Virus record (IMG/VR): IMGVR_UViG_2671180921_000022
Span: 1 to 6,293 of that record
DNA from: a virus
Taxonomy: Duplodnaviria; Heunggongvirae; Uroviricota; Caudoviricetes
DNA: 6,293 nucleotides
Strand: one strand, 5' to 3'
This document shows positions 5,879-6,293 of this stretch, one piece after another. Under the pieces are notes generated by a model that saw only the letters and a list, made by a program, of their open reading frames with translations, searched no databases and was not told where the DNA came from. Position numbers and translations under genes: made by a program. Position 1 is the first letter of the stretch. The number at the start of each line of letters is the position of its first letter.

Positions 5879-6293
5879 TAATGGTGGCCTCCCATCGGCG
5901 GGTGATTTCAATTGTGAGCGTGGTTTTGTCCGGGCGGGTTAACACCACCTGAAAGGCAATACGGTCAGGGACGATGATGCTGGCCGTGACGGTGGCGTTA
6001 CGGGCGTAACCGGCCCGCAGCAGCGGTTGCATGGACAGCCGCGCGTAATCTTCCACACGCAGGCGGACATCTTCCGTCAGCTTTTCACGCTCAAGCAGCC
6101 ACAGGCGGGAACCCCACGAAAAATCACTGTACGTGTCGCCCGGCCAGCCGCGCGGGTCGCCGGAACCATCAGGGATGACATCATCGTCATCAGCACGGGC
6201 ATCGGTGAAAAGGCAGATAAGAACCTGAGTGACCAGCCCCTCATCCAGCGAGAGGCCGTTATGGGTGACGGTGATGTCACCCCGTGAGAGCAT
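5868..6293 (-). CDS. Mu gp46-like baseplate protein (GP46 family), 141 aa; the start codon is the last triplet of the window, so the true 5' end cannot be confirmed
   Basis: Product contains ..DDDDVIPDGSGDPRGWPGDTYSD..GSRLWLLEREK.., matching the motif pattern I recall for the phage GP46 family (acidic stretch, GWWGD, GSRLWLL.REK). ATG at 6293..6291 gives a length typical for the family, but no upstream context is visible. Confidence 0.7.
   Translation of the reverse strand: MLSRGDITVTHNGLSLDEGLVTQVLICLFTDARADDDDVIPDGSGDPRGWPGDTYSDFSWGSRLWLLEREKLTEDVRLRVEDYARLSMQPLLRAGYARNATVTASIIVPDRIAFQVVLTRPDKTTLTIEITRRWEATINAV

Noticed and set aside
97-6287. Plus-strand ORFs from the track (for example 97..309, 1227..1502, 2283..2582, 3118..3360, 4071..4325, 4333..4812, 4413..4697, 4514..4774, 4784..4969, 5114..5422, 5313..5540, 6027..6287)
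   Set aside because: Each lies entirely inside a well-supported minus-strand gene, none has a convincing RBS or recognisable product, and they cluster in the GC-rich baseplate genes where antisense open frames arise by chance. Treated as shadow ORFs.
1-6293. CRISPR arrays, tRNA/rRNA genes, transposase or integrase genes
   Set aside because: No regularly spaced direct repeats, no tRNA-like or rRNA-like stretches and no long ORF with recombinase-like features were seen. Apart from the 833..973 gap, the window is continuously coding on the minus strand.

Overview
The whole window is coding on the minus strand and reads (high to low coordinates) as the distal tail module and right end of a Mu-like myovirus or prophage. 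In order: three baseplate genes (Mu gp46-like, gp47/baseplate-J-like, gp48/gpI-like), an unrecognised 362-codon ORF, a short tail fibre, a tail-fibre assembly chaperone, an orphan ORF that is only the N-terminal domain of a lambdoid side tail fibre, an AT-rich regulatory gap with a perfect dyad carrying two GATC sites, and a com-mom pair. Com is a 61-aa CxxC...CxxC zinc finger very close to Mu Com; Mom is 231 aa if started at a GTG that sits inside a hairpin with its Shine-Dalgarno in the loop. No rRNA, tRNA, CRISPR array, transposase or invertase gene is visible. All family assignments are from reading the supplied translations against remembered sequences; no database search was run. The items most worth a second look are the 362-aa ORF, the orphan Stf N-domain gene, the C-terminal repeat extension on the gp48-like protein, and the GATC dyad upstream of com. 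All plus-strand ORFs in the track look like shadow ORFs.
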